Shown one piece after another: positions 27,694-41,957 of a DNA stretch of 64,000 nucleotides (positions are counted from its first letter, which is position 1; each line of letters begins with the position of its first letter). A program made the translations under genes and the position numbers. The notes below the pieces were generated by a model. The model had not been told where the DNA came from, made no database searches, and saw only the letters and a program-made list of their open reading frames with translations. The stretch comes from Octopus vulgaris (lineage: Eukaryota), in contig OX597821.1 in NCBI GenBank assembly GCA_951406725.2, positions 50,840,001 to 50,904,000 of the forward strand. Reading direction: 5' to 3'.

Positions 27694-27967
27694 TGTTGTG
27701 TCTGGGGAGAGTCATTCTCTTTTCATGCCTTATAATTTAACACACTCACCGGTAAAATTTCCATCCATTTACTTATTTATTTTTCTAAAATTTTCGTTGC
27801 GTCTTGCAGCCTTTTCATTAGTTGTTGACTTTACCCGTTAACTATTGTAAAGGTTGCAAGACAACGAAAATTTTAGAAAAATAAATAAGTAAATGAGTGG
27901 AAATTTTACCGGTGAGTACGTTAAATTATAAGGCACTAAAAGAGAATGGCTATCCCCAAACACAACA
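27694..27967. repeat. Fold-back inverted repeat, ~130-bp arms
   Basis: Arms 27694-27823 and 27840-27967, ~16-bp loop. Confidence 0.9.
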
Positions 27968-27972
27968 ATATA

Positions 27973-28004
<32 letters not shown>

Positions 28005-28254
28005 CAAGAAAAAAGCAACAAGAATGGATTAGTTGTTCAGTACAGTTGTTTCATACGAAGAACAGATTTATTAAAAGCTGTAAAAATTGCAGCAAATACA
28101 AGCGTCACATATTCATCAGCCAAATCAGCCAAATGTTTATAATCACCCCACATTATTTTATGGTTAATACCATAAAGATTTCTGGTGCATCTAAGTTAAG
28201 TACCACATTCATGTGAATTCATTGGAACTCACTTGAAACTTAATTGTTTTACTG

Positions 28255-28298
<44 letters not shown>

Positions 28299-28304
28299 GT
28301 GAGA

Positions 28305-28520
28305 ACGTGTTTGTCTGTTTATGTCGCTCAACACCGCTTGGGAACCGATGTTGGTGTGTTTACGTACCAGTAACCTAGAGGATCGATAAAAAGAAACTGA
28401 TAGAATAAGTAGCAGGCTTTCAAAACGAATAAGGTACTGGGGTCGATTCGTTCGATTAAAATTCAAGGCGGTGCTCCAGCATGGCCATAGTGCAACGAAT
28501 GAAACAAGTACAAAATAAAA
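28305..28520 (+). mobile_element. 3' part of microsatellite-containing SINE
   Basis: accgatgttggtgtgtttacgt...ggcggtgctccagcatggcc...gaaacaagta. Confidence 0.75.
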
Positions 28521-30718
28521 ATAAGTGTATTTTTACGTGCGTTTATTATATATACTTATATCTTACACGAACACACACACGAACACACATAAGCATACAC
28601 GCACATACACACACAAACACACACACATATACACAGCCTCCTCAACACTCTTATACATACACATTTAGGTGCATATTGTGGAACATAAAGATTGCAACTG
28701 CCTATCTTTGTTTAAACACAGATCTTTTATATATAAAGTAATGCAGATTACAATTCATCCATTTTTGGTTACTCATAGTTTCTTGGTAAAACAGTAATAT
28801 ATCTGTCTTAGTCTTTGTCTATATTTTAAACAACACATGGCTAAATAGAAAGATTCTTGGTTTGGTTAATAGCTTTATAACAAGAAATCATATTGTAATC
28901 AGAACAAATCAGATATAATTCCTATTACATTACCTCTCTGTACATTATTTTGCATACGTCTAACAAATATCAATACTTTTTGATAGACACATATACGTGT
29001 TTACAGACATACATATATACATACATAAACACTGATAGATTGTCGGACATGTCTGTTCACAGTCGCGCGATATATAATCACAAAACGAATCTACTTGAAT
29101 TTAATGGGAGTAAAATGTTTAGTGATATGGCTATTGTCTACCCGAAGCAACTGAAAACTTAGAGTTCTCACAAAAACAAATGCTAAAATTGCCTATAATT
29201 GCTAGGGTGGAATTCTGCTTCTACCAACAACAGTCCGAAGCAAATGACGTGGAGATAGCAGTTTACCAGCAAGCAAACGGAAATTTGCAGTTGATTGGGT
29301 GCACAATATACATCTAGCTTGTGTATATTTATATACTATTTCTCCTTTTGACTAATTCAATTCTTGCTTCCCTATAGTAGGAACTGGTTTTAATCAAAGA
29401 GACAAACCTCTTTCAGCGGGTATTAAATAACAACATCGGTGAGTGTTTACACGTATTTTAGAAATAGTTTCTTAATTCACTTACAGATTGAATTTGCGAA
29501 GTGTGTATTTGCAAAAAGGACTAATAATTGGTGTTTGCATAAAAATCCCCAACAGTTCTGAGTTGTCATTTAAATATTCAGTAACAATACTTATATAAAT
29601 GTGAATATTTTCTGGATAGAAAAGCTGGTATCGCCGTAGCACTTGTCCATAATTATAGTATTTCTGATTGATTTTGATAAAATTTTATTCACAAATAAAG
29701 GGTAAGTCTTAAACATCTTAATTAAGCATATTATGTATGCATCTGGCGCAAAATTTAATGGGAATGTTACACCAGTATTTCTTGAGATGAAACGTTAGCA
29801 TGTATTCGACAACAGACGTTTTTCGATATTTATTCTGAGTAAGCCTGTGTATAGCATTGTATTTTGTTTTGAAAACAACATTAAGCCGCACTAGGAAGTT
29901 GTGTGTTAAGGACATCTTTGAGCAGCTGTTGATGACGTGTAATATCATCAACAGAAAAATGACATAATCAGTATGTTTAGTCGCATCTTGGAGTTCAAAG
30001 ACTACACCGTCTCTTTTCTCCAATAGACATTTTGTAGCTATATCTTGTTCTTGGAGTGCAGTAGTATAGCATTCGAATGTGACATGTGTGATAGTCACGT
30101 ATCTAAATCGAGAATATACACCCTGCTAAAGTACGTTAACATTACCTTTGTCCGTCTTTACGTTTTGATACCAGATTACGCCGAGGTCGTCTTTGCTTTC
30201 CATCCTTTTGGGGTCGATGAAATAATACCAGCTCAGCAGGGACGTCGATGTAATCGACTTACCCACACTCCGAAATTGCTGGCCTTGTGCCAAAATTTGA
30301 AACCAATATTAGCATCACCTCAAAGTTTATGGGGGAAAATGTCGTTTATAATTATTGTTTGTTACACAGTGTGTTTCTCATTCAAATCTTTGTTAATAAG
30401 CTGATCTAGCAAATTTTTGTATACACTTGACTATCGGTTTAAATATATTGTGGCATTGAAGTCCTTCAAGAGTGATAAAACTCTGTATTAATATATTTGT
30501 TAAACGCAGTCTTTTGATCAACAGAAATCGAAAATATAAGTAGCAGACAAAACGACCAAATATATTATAATTAAATAAAAATCTTTCGACAGAATATTTT
30601 ATCATGGCTGCCGGCAAAAATCTCAATCACTAAAATAAGATCATATATACATATAAACTTACATGCATGCATGCATGTATGTATGTACATATATATATAT
30701 GTATATACATACATATGC

Positions 30719-30749
<31 letters not shown>

Positions 30750-31000
30750 CACGCAGACACAGATACACACATACAACAACCAAATATATTTTATAATTTC
30801 CTTTGGAAATATTTATAATATTTATAATTTCCTTCGGAAACACATAGCGTAGAAGTGCTCTAGTCAAACCTGATGTTTTAGATAAATGTTATTGATACAA
30901 TAGGAAACGTTCAAATCAGGCAGATTACTATTAACACATACATATACGGGTTTAGTTAAAATAAAATAAGAATTATCGAAGCTAATGAAATGTAAATGTA

Positions 31001-31372
31001 AATAATAATAGAATATAGATGAAAAACGTTTAAAAAAATTAAAATATGGGATAGAGAAAGTAATAGACATTAAAAAATGTTTGGTTTACATGTTAGAAGA
31101 AAATAAAGTATTCCAACGATCGCTTCAGGAGTTCATTCGTTCAAATTAGAGATGAACCTTAAGATTCATTTTCAGAGAATGCCACCTTCATCAGGGAAAA
31201 AAGATGTTTACGCTACATATGCGTTCAGTTCTTTACAAGGTAACTACAGAATCGGTCGTTGGAATATTTCTTCTTCTAACATGTCACTGAAAATTCTTTT
31301 AATGCCTGTTATTATCTCTATACCATATTTTAATTTCTTTATATAGATTTTTATCTATATTCCATTATTATT
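31001..31372. repeat. Degenerate inverted repeat enclosing a CTGATGA hammerhead-like motif (minus strand)
   Basis: Arms ~31001-31122 and ~31253-31372; minus strand cctgatgaagg...cctgaagcgatcgtt. Confidence 0.65.
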
Positions 31373-31660
31373 TTTATCCATATCCCATTATTATTTTATT
31401 TATATATCTATATATCTATATGTTCCTGTATATTTTTAGTTTTCATCTATTTTTATATTTCTATATTTTTATATCTCTAATATATCAATAAATGTTTCAG
31501 CTTGGACAATTCTATTTTATCTTAAACCCGTATATGTAGGTGTTATTGTATGAATTAAACTTGCACACACACACACGCACACACACATACACACACACAC
31601 ACACATGCATGTAGGTAAGTATATATACATACATTTGTGCGAGTATATGTGTATCTTAAA

Positions 31661-31908
31661 GGCGGCGAGCTGGCAAGGCGGCGAGCTGGCAGAACCGTTA
31701 GCACGCCGGGCGAAATGCGTAGCCGTATTTCGTCTACCGTTACGTTCCGAGTTCAAATTCCGCCGAGGTCGACTTTGCCTTTCATCCTTTCGGGGTCGAT
31801 AAATTAAGTACCAGTTACGCACTGGGGTCAATATAATCGACTTAAATTCGTTTGTCTGTCCTTGTTTGTCCCCTCTATGTTTAGCCCCTTGTGGGTAGTA
31901 AAGAAATA
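31661..31908 (+). mobile_element. Full-length Meta-like tRNA SINE with duplicated 5' 16-mer
   Basis: A-box agctggcagaa, B-box gagttcaaattcc, core gtcgactttgcctttcatcctttcggggtcgataaa. Confidence 0.9.
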
Positions 31909-32310
31909 TATATGTGTATCTTAACAAGCTGGATTCGAAACCACGACGTTTCTGATTCAGTTTCATTGCACGAGACCTTGTAAGCAGACCTGGTAAAAAC
32001 TGCTCTCAATGTATGTATGCGTGTACGTACAAATATCTAAACATAAATACACATATGCGTATCTATGTGTGTGTCTGCAACACCGTTTTACAACAATTAT
32101 TGTTTTGTTGCCCTCCCCATTAAGCAGAAAAATAAAAGACATCAGAATAAGTACAAGTCTTATAAAACAAGTATATTGGGGTCTATTTGATAACGTAAAT
32201 CCGTCAAGGCTGTGCACCAGTAGGGCTATAGTTCAGTGTTTGAAACAGAGACTGTTGAAAGAGTAAGAGTCTGTACACACACATATATATATATATATGT
32301 ATATGTGTGT

Positions 32311-32378
<68 letters not shown>

Positions 32379-33661
32379 GTATGTATGTATGTATGTATAT
32401 ATATATATATATATATATACGTATATGTATGTATATATATATGTATGTATGTATGTATATATATATGTATGTATATGTATATATATATATATTATATACA
32501 CACACATATACACACACATATACATATGTATATGTATGTATATATATATATATATTTATATACCGTCATATATATTATACATGTTATGTAAACATACACA
32601 CATATGTATTAACACACACACACATATATATACTCATGAGTTTGTGTGGTTGTGTTGTGTGTGTACATATATACATGAATACATACATACATATATATGC
32701 ACACAAACACATATATCTATGTATACATGCACACACACACATATCCTTTTGGTATTGTTTGTTAAAAACTGATTGATCAAGTACCACGCGTAGAACACTA
32801 AGCAATTCAGCGGAGCAATTAATTATTTTGGTAAAATGATGTCTGCAACAAATGTACACTACTTTCGTTTCTTTCAAAGATTTTTTCAAGAGCCATAAAA
32901 CAGAAGCGGTCTGTCTAATATATACCAGTTTTTGTGTCAGTTACTCAAAGAAAATGAATTAAATAAACATGAAGGTGGTAGGGTTGTTTTGTGGAACCGT
33001 GTGAGACATCGTTAACTGACCTCACGAGGATTTATTACTTAGCTTTACGACTATAAAATATTTTGTTTTGTAGTGGTTAAGTTGTGTTTTTATTGCATTA
33101 GAAAGTGAGTTCACTTTCTTTCAGATGTGTGTCATGGTTTTTGCAATGTATTATAGAAATAGTTCTTTTTTACAGCAACCGCACCCCGCCGGCCCCCGCC
33201 AAAAAACAAACGAACAAAAGACAACAGCAACAAAAGAAAGCGAGTATATAAATCCAGATTAAGATATTCACAGAAATATCTGGTTTAGAAAAACAACTAT
33301 TTTCGTATAATGAGACAGGAGTCTTGTTAGCTTCGGCGGTAGATAATCCACGTTGCTCAGGTAGCTGAAATACCCCCCACAGAACACTTTCCTACCAGAT
33401 GTGATATCGATTTCTGCATTCGATGATGGAGTACAGCCGCATTCATTTGCACATGGGTATCTATCACAAGTATCCCTTCTTAACAAAGAACTATGGTAAA
33501 TTGCGAATTATTGAAACAAGCTCATCCATCTCTCGTTCGCACATACCCACACGTTCGCACATACCCATACGCACACTCACGCGCATAAATATACATACGC
33601 ACGTAAACATAGACAAATGCATACACTTACACAAACAGATATACCCACACGCGCATACATG

Positions 33662-34175
33662 CCGTAAATCCTCGAGTATAATCCGCATTTTTTCCCCAAA
33701 ATTTAAAGGTCAAAATCCCTAGTGCGTACTATATACGAGGTTAAAAATGAAAAAAATATTTTCTAAGCAATGTTCGAGTCTCTATTTGTTGTCCGGCAAT
33801 GTTTATTCAGACGCATTTTGTGATGTCGGGCGCAAAAATACCTTAAGCTAAGCCTGAAAGCAATGAAGTCATAAAATAATCATCCATAACTTGCATATTA
33901 AAATAAAAGTATTCAGAACACAGAATAACATGTAACAAAAACAATTTGCAAACATATTTACATCTCCATATAACAGTTAAGAACAACACCATTATCTTGT
34001 ATTACGCATGCGTGGAAGTGTTTGTTCGACTAGGTGCTACTGGCTTAATTACACACGACTCAAGATAGAGAAGGGGTCCGTATTATACACAAGGTTTAGG
34101 TTTTTCAGAAGTACAGCCCCCTAAAAATTCCCTGCGTATTATACTCAAGGGCGGACTATACTCGAGGATTCACGG
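33662..34175. mobile_element. Tc2/pogo-type non-autonomous DNA transposon (MITE)
   Basis: TIRs ccgtaaatcctcgagtataatccgc and gcggactatactcgaggattcacgg; TA on the right; subterminal gcgtattatac repeats. Confidence 0.85.
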
Positions 34176-34415
34176 TATACATACGTATACATGTAAGTAT
34201 ATGTTCAGTTCCATACGCTTTACACTAATGACTAAGTCTAGTACGTCTTCCAAGAACGTTGCTTGTCTAGAAATTCTTCCCTATGCAAGTCTTTGCGTCA
34301 GCAGTTGATTTTGAAAGTTTCAAGCGTAACGTTATTAACATCAATGAAACCGGTCTAGGACGGCCTGTGAAGGCCATGACCACCATACCTTCTTTCTGAC
34401 CCTGCAAGTAAATAC

Positions 34416-34446
<31 letters not shown>

Positions 34447-34539
34447 TGTATGTATGTATGTATGTATGTATGTATGTATGTATGTATGTATGTATGTATG
34501 TATGTATATATGTATGTACGTGCCTGCATGTTTTTAATT

Positions 34540-35115
34540 CAGAGTTAATTTTGACCGGCTATCTACTTCGTAGCAAGGTTGTTAAGGAAAGTATCTTGAT
34601 TTAACGAACATATTTTAAATTTTAAGAAGGTCTTGAAGATTTTTATAGTTCCAGATATCATGATCATTTGTAGCATATCAATTAAGGACTTGCATTCTCT
34701 GCCCAAAATCTCAAGTTCACCCACACTTTGCTCTAGACTAAGTTGGTATGTATCTTGCTGCTCCAATAATAATAGCTATTATGTATGTATGTATGTATGT
34801 ATGTATGTATGTATGTATGTATGTATGTATGTATGTATGTTAGTCTTATTTTTAGATTTCATGCCATTGGAGAAAAAAAACCAGTTTGTAACTTAGATCC
34901 AAGTTTCTTTCATTGGGTTGTCGACATAATCAACACTCTCTTGGTACATGCTTTTGTGTACGTGTGCAAGTATTTGGTGTCAGTGCCTGTATAGGTCTAT
35001 CTGTCTGACTGTCGGTGTGTTATTCAGTTTTATTTCAAAATTTCTTGCTAATAGAAGAGCCTGTTTCTAACCTAGATCTAAGGCCCCTTCATTAGATTTT
35101 CAATACTCACAGGGT
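34540..35115 (-). mobile_element. Cluster of RLE-element 3' fragments between (TATG)n arrays
   Basis: CKSLIDMLQMIMISGTIKIFKTFLKF (34563-34766 ORF) resembles the RLE C-terminus at 19970; 3' UTR homologs at 34840-34940 and 35015-35110. Confidence 0.65.
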
Positions 35116-36429
35116 GATTTTACATGTATGTATATGTGCGGCATTTGGAGTCTATGTATGTATGTATGTATGTATGTATGTATGTATGTATGTATGTATG
35201 TATGTATGTATGTATGTAGTTTAAATATTATGTGACATTCGCGGTTATTCGATTGTGAGTGTTACAGGGGACCGTAAACCAGTACCGCCTTGTTGGTTTA
35301 TCGATAACTTAATCAACGTTTAATCTGGTGAAGAGGGTTGCAAGATAGACCAGAGAACAAACATGAGCTGTCAAAAGATCGAATGTACCTAGTGTAGAGT
35401 CAATCCTTGTCTCGTAATATGAACTCGGAGACAGAAATATCGGAAATGTTGGAGAAGCACACTCTGTGACCATTGGAAGCGATGCAAATCTTCGATATTG
35501 ATTTTTGTGAATAAGTCATGATCTCGATGTTCTAACACCTATGTAGTGCCTCATCGGGGTAGGTAGTGCACCTTTCATTGCTACTGCAGTTAATCTACCT
35601 CGGATATGGTAGTCCAAAATAGGCATGAATTTTCTCCTGCAGTGAAAAAAGCAATCACAAATATTCTCAATAATAATATACCGAGAGAATATGCTTTATG
35701 TTTCCTACAGTGAAGTAAGCGGAAATAACGATTGATAATAATAACTTTTATAAACTCAGCAACAGATAAGTAGATAGAGCGGCAGATTAAAGAAAAAAAA
35801 AAGAAAAGAATAGTTAAACAAATAAAGGAACTGATATTAACTGTCAAAAGACAACATATAAAGATGAAAATATTGAATGTGAATGAAATCATAGATTCCG
35901 CGGAATTCGTTTTTTTTTTTATTCAATACACAAACGAGATTTCTCAATATGAACTTTATCGATTTAACTATAATCTAGCTTTAAGCCATTTAGTTTATTG
36001 TTCAGAATTTACTAGTAATTTGGCATCTAAAATTGTTGAAAGGAAATTATAGAAATTTTCACAAAACATATAAACTACTAAGAACTAAACTAAATTGAAA
36101 CAACAATATGTCTGTCTGTATGTCTGCCTTTCTGATCTTCTTTACTCCTCCCAGTCATACTCTTTCGATCTAGCCCATATATATGTAACCTCCTTCTCGC
36201 TATATATTACATAATCCTCTGGTTTCAAATCTAAATACACTCCAGAAAATAAATTTTTGGTATAGTCTTAGTTTGAAACAGCCATACAGTGTGTATGTGT
36301 GTGAGTGTGTGTGAATACATTTGAATACACACACACACATATATATATATTTATATATATATATATATATAAGTATATATATGATTATGTATTTTTTATT
36401 TGTCTCTGTCTTTCTCTCTCTCTCTCTCT

Positions 36430-36504
<75 letters not shown>

Positions 36505-36506
<2 letters not shown>

Positions 36507-36865
36507 ATCGATGGAGTAGTTTCTCCATGGCGCAAGCCTGGGCAGTAGAAACGAAGACACTGGGCTGCCCAGACACCAGAATCTCCCTCTCGGCCCCCCA
36601 GACATAATCCAAAGGAATGCAGTGCAGTACGTTTGGAGTCTGGTTGGCTGCAGGAGTTGCCGGAAAGGGGTCGAGATTCGACACCCTACCGCCTTCGGGG
36701 CTCCACTCCGGATTTTCTGTCTGGGTTTACTCCCATAGCCTTTCCCTCTCCCAAGAGCATCCGCAAGGCAGCGGAGCGAGGGTTTGGAGTCAGAGTTTTC
36801 CTTCTCCTAGACTGGCTGCCAACCAAGGCTAACGAGCCCAGTCTGCCCACCTGGTTATACCGCCA
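36505..36865 (-). mobile_element. RTE LINE 5' UTR-like / Ceph-domain-like segment in a (TA)n array
   Basis: Minus strand gggctcgttagccttggttggcagccagtctaggagaaggaaaactctga...ccgctgccttgcgg, recalled as typical of RTE 5' UTRs. Confidence 0.6.
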
Positions 36866-37013
36866 TATATATATATATATATCCCACCTTGCCTCAGTTG
36901 CTCCTTTGGCCTTCATTTCTATAAATATAAACACATACAAATATAAGCACATAAATATAAATACATATGTGTATACATAAAAAATGGCTGCCCTTTTGGC
37001 AAAATTTGAAACC

Positions 37014-37050
<37 letters not shown>

Positions 37051-37051
<1 letters not shown>

Positions 37052-37344
37052 GCAGTAGTTATTATTTTTATAGTGTGCTTTCACTTCACTACCGAGCGCA
37101 GATCTGTGTGCCATGGGTATGTGCTGTGATTTGTTGTGATGCTCTCATGGTTACTGTATTGAAAGTGTTTTGCGTAGGATGTGTGCAGTGCCTAGTAGTG
37201 CAATTTTCTGTATATTATATGTGTTTGTAAGTCCTGGTGTTTTTGTTATGTATTTGTCTGAATATTTTTTTTATCATGTCTAATGCACCTACTATGATGA
37301 GAATTGTTTCTGTTTTTAGATTCCACATTCTAGTTACCTCTACC
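37051..37344 (-). mobile_element. 5'-truncated R4/Dong-like retrotransposon in (TAA)n
   Basis: EVTRMWNLKTETILIIVGALDMIKK/YSDKYITKTPGLTNTYNIQKIALLGTAHILRKTLSIQ* plus short 3' UTR; (TAA)n on both sides in element orientation. Confidence 0.88.
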
Positions 37345-37424
<80 letters not shown>

Positions 37425-37425
<1 letters not shown>

Positions 37426-37604
37426 GGTGAGCTGGCAAAATCGTTAGAACGTCGCAACGCTCTGAGTTTAAATTCCGCCGAGGTCACTTTGCCTTTCATC
37501 CTTTCGGGGTCGATAAATTAAGTAACAGTTGCCCGCTGAGGTCGATGTAATCGACTTCCGCCATCCCCTAAAAAATGGCTGCCCTTTTCGCAAAATTTGA
37601 AACC

Positions 37605-37645
<41 letters not shown>

Positions 37646-38012
37646 TGATGTTCACACAATCGTAGTAAGTCATACGTTTTGAGCTCCCGAAATTGTCTGA
37701 ATTTTTGTTGTCACAAGTAGTTGAACTTTTATGTTGTTGTTTAATTTGTGTTACAAGGTAGATGCCTTTCTGGAGAACTAGTTTTTGTTGAAAAAAAAAA
37801 ACGGTCCCCGTTTGGATGCTAAACACACCTATTTTCATCGAAAACGGCGGACATTTCGTTCGTCTTTATCTTCTGAGTTCAAATTTCGCCGAGGTCGACC
37901 TTGCTTTTAATCATTTTGGGATCGATAAAATAAGCAAGAACTAAGCACTGGGGTCGATGTAATCGACTAACCCACTCGCGCATAATTTCAGGCCTTGTGC
38001 CTATATTAGAAA
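37425..38012 (+). mobile_element. Two degenerate Meta-like SINEs (37425-37605 and 37850-38012)
   Basis: ccgaggtc...ctttcatcctttcggggtcgataaa cores; (TTA)n-like tails. Confidence 0.75.
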
Positions 38013-39562
38013 AGATTATAATTATTATCGCTATTATTGTTGTTATTGTTATTATCGTCATCGTCGTCACCATCTGCACGTGAAATATCTTCACCTCAGA
38101 GATCAACAACTAATGGTGAGCGATAAACGAATATTCTTGCCAATAACTTAATGTCAGTTATTATTAATTCCAATTGAGACATCTTTTAATTTGTTCTCAT
38201 AGATGAGGCGTCTTGATTAGAGTATATGAAAGAAAAATAGGAAAGGCTTCGGAGAGGAATTCGATGAATGATGTGTATTAACCATTCTCCGCTGATTTTA
38301 TTTTATTATTTTACATCGTCACAAATGGAGCAGCCATTTCCTTTGCCTTTTTGTGTGGCTCCCGAGACTGTTCGATCAACTTAAAGTTTTATTATTCTAT
38401 ACCATGGGGGCTGTGGGGAAGGCAAACTGCAGTTAAGCTTGGCGACGTATTTAGTAATGATATATGTGATTTTGAAGAATTATATTCTTATTTAGGTTCC
38501 ATGAGCTTTGGAACAGCATGTTATGGTGAAAACCATTATATATCATAACGAGGAATAAGTGAGAAAGACATTAAATGTAGTGACAGTAACAGCTACTGTT
38601 CGTATGTAGACTAGTCCTCTTTAAGGAAGACTCATGACTTGCGTCCGTGACTATCTTCAATCTAGATGCAGTGTATGGCCAACATGTCTTACTTTACCTC
38701 GCTTTATACTCTGCTGTCTACAATGCATTGCTGCTGTTATTTTCCCCTCATCAAGGTTTCGTCCTCAAAGTCTGCCAGATTCAATCTTCACGTGTATAAG
38801 GTAGGCAAGCCATGTTATACTAATTAATTCATATTTGGGACCTTGACAAGTGCTGCTACTCTGGGTCACAGCAGACCTGGGAAAACTAAGAGGTGGTCTA
38901 CGTAAACTAGACAATACACAAATACGAACACGCATACATGCACAACATAGACGTAGACATACACACAACACACATACAAAATACACATAAACATACGCAT
39001 ATACACACAACTCGCTTTTGCTCATCCACATCCACATACGCACACTCAATCCAAATTCTTCTCTCTCTTCCTACACATCCATATGGTGGTCCACCAAATA
39101 TACGCTAGGTTAAAAAATTTGCCGAACTCACAATTTCCTTTCAGACAACGAACAACTGACCTTCTATTTGATTTCTTAACCCAGATGGTCATGTAAAGTC
39201 AAAAATTGCGTTCCTCACTAACAAGTAACCACAAGATATACACGTGACTGCGTATGAGTACATCACTGTATGTATGCGTAATGAACACTTACCAACATTT
39301 TTGGTATACATTTTTAGTCTGCATATTTCTATAAACTTATATATATATATATATATATGTTTGTATATACGTATACAAACACATGCACAAACACAATCAC
39401 GCATACATTCACATATACACTCAGACTTATAAACACAGACACGTAAATATCTACGCACGTGTATGTGTCCGACTCTAGACGGGACTATATCGTATAATAG
39501 TGAATTATGCACCAACACGTTTTATCTACAAAGAAATATGCAAATATATACATGTACACATT

Positions 39563-39614
<52 letters not shown>

Positions 39615-39646
39615 TGTGTATACATATGAACACACACACACACATA

Positions 39647-39756
<110 letters not shown>

Positions 39757-40516
39757 TATATGTATACATACACACCTATATAGAGAGAGTGATACATAGA
39801 AACACACATACGTACATGCATCCATACCATTTTCTAATAATCGAGGAAAATTAAATGCTAACAAAATGCGCCGTTCATTGTATTTTGTTATTAAAGATAT
39901 TAATTGAAGAAGTACATTTCAGAAAATAAACCCCATCAAAAGTTTTTAAGAGAGCGTAAACTTATAATATAGTTTACTAACAAACTCCGATAAAATTCGA
40001 TTAAGATTCTTCAATATATATACTCAGTAAATTTCAATTAAATCAGAAAAGAGTCTAAGAAGAGATTATATAAATAAACTTTCTGTAATAGAAAATCATG
40101 CTCTCGAATATAATTCTATCGTTCCTGCTCACTTTTCTTGTTTGTATTTTGCTATATACATTTTAATGCTTTAAGAAGGTTGAAATGTCAATGTAGTGTC
40201 TTTTGACTCTCAACAATTGTTCTGTGGATATTAGTTTCCAGTTTTTTTTTTTTGTCATTAACCTTAGTTTCATTTATGTGTCTTTATTTGCTTGTATTCT
40301 CGTGTTTTCTCCCAGCCACTACATTTCGCTACATATATTACATTCATACACAATCATGTATATATATATATATATATATGCACGTATATTTGTATACACA
40401 CACATACACACACATACATACATATATTTAGATGTGTATATATGAATATATACACATGCATATACATGCACAGATATGCGTGCATACATAGATACATTCA
40501 TATATATAGCATCGTG

Positions 40517-40560
<44 letters not shown>

Positions 40561-40748
40561 TGCATGTAATACATAGCATCGTATATATATATGCATACAT
40601 ATGGCGAGAAAGAGAAGGATGTCTATGTCTATTAGTGTGTTTATGTGTTTGCATTATCCTTTGTATTTGTGGATTATATACAAACACACTCTTGCACATA
40701 TTTGCATATATATGTGTATGTGTGTTTGTGTGTGTGAGTGCGTGTAAA

Positions 40749-41530
40749 TAACATGCAGTTGAATGCTATGAAATTTCAGGCCTTCCATTATCAGCCCAAC
40801 ACCAGGTTGAAACCAGAATACACTGGACCAGGAGATATGATGCCAAAGCCAGGTTCGGTGCGTGACCGGGGGCTTCACATGAGCAATGATGCAGCATTTC
40901 ATGTGCATATTACCAAGAGAGCAACACTGTGCTGGCGAGTGGTTGCATGGATTCTGATAATATTCAGAACCAGGAAAAGGGGAGGCTCTGCTACTCCTAT
41001 GGAAGACTTTCGTTCCCTGCCACTTGGACTACTGCCCCCAACTATGGTCCCCAGAGAGTGTGAAACAAACTGTGGAACTCGAAACAATCCAGCGCCAATA
41101 TACAAAGAAGATTGACTCGATGCAAATGATGGGCTACCGGGGGAGGCTAAAGGAGCTGAGTCTCTGTTCCCTGGAGAGAAGACGAAAGAGATAAATATAT
41201 GGAAGATCTTGGAGGGTTTTGCTCCCAATTTTGGAATTGCCAGCTATACCAGTCCCCGAACTGGACGGCACACCAAAGATCCCGTCTTCGTGATCTAAAA
41301 TAAGGACACAGTACTGCAATAGTCTGTGTTTAAAGGACCCGCAATTGTTCAACATCCTTCCAGGCAACCTTAGAGATCTATATGGTATTGATGTGGAAGT
41401 TTTCACGGAACGGCTGCACAGGTTTCTGTCTGAAATAACAGATGAACCCACATCGCGGCAAGAGATGCAGAGAAGAGCTGCTCTGTCTAACTCGTTACTT
41501 CACCAAAAACAATACTGGAAACAAATACAG
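40749..41530 (+). mobile_element. CR1-group LINE 3' end (decayed)
   Basis: NNMQLNAMKFQ...VRDRGLHMSNDAAFHVHI...WILIIFRTR...HLDYC.QLWSP...SLERRR...WKILEG. Confidence 0.85.
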
Positions 41531-41594
41531 GTGTTGCACCAGCATGACCTCAGCCCTGGGCTGAAACCAGTAGAAGAAAAGATATATGCATATA

Positions 41595-41755
41595 GTTGAA
41601 ATTTACAAAGAAACAAAAGACGCAGACAGGTATATGTACAACAAGCAGGTGTATTAGTTTGACGCTCGGGAATGTGAGAAAGTCTTTTACGTTTCGAACC
41701 TACGCTCTTCAAAAGATAGGATTAAGAGAAAATAAACAGAGAGAATAAAACACTT
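41595..41755 (-). repeat. Penelope-type terminal repeat fragment, hammerhead-like
   Basis: Minus strand cttttgaa-gagc-gtag-gttc-gaaacgtaaaaga; homolog at 45545-45670 (+). Confidence 0.55.
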
Positions 41756-41765
41756 GTATATATAC

Positions 41766-41817
<52 letters not shown>

Positions 41818-41853
41818 TGTGTGTGTGTGTGTGTGTGCGTGTGTGTGTATATA

Positions 41854-41902
<49 letters not shown>

Positions 41903-41925
41903 GCATATGTATATGTATATACATT

Positions 41926-41957
<32 letters not shown>

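Noticed and set aside
29000-30100. Unique-looking stretch with 126-aa minus-strand ORF and a GTAAGT at ~29702
   Set aside because: No recognisable domain and no convincing matching acceptor
35230-35590. Complex segment starting TGTGAC, possible solo LTR
   Set aside because: No CA end with TSD and no second copy
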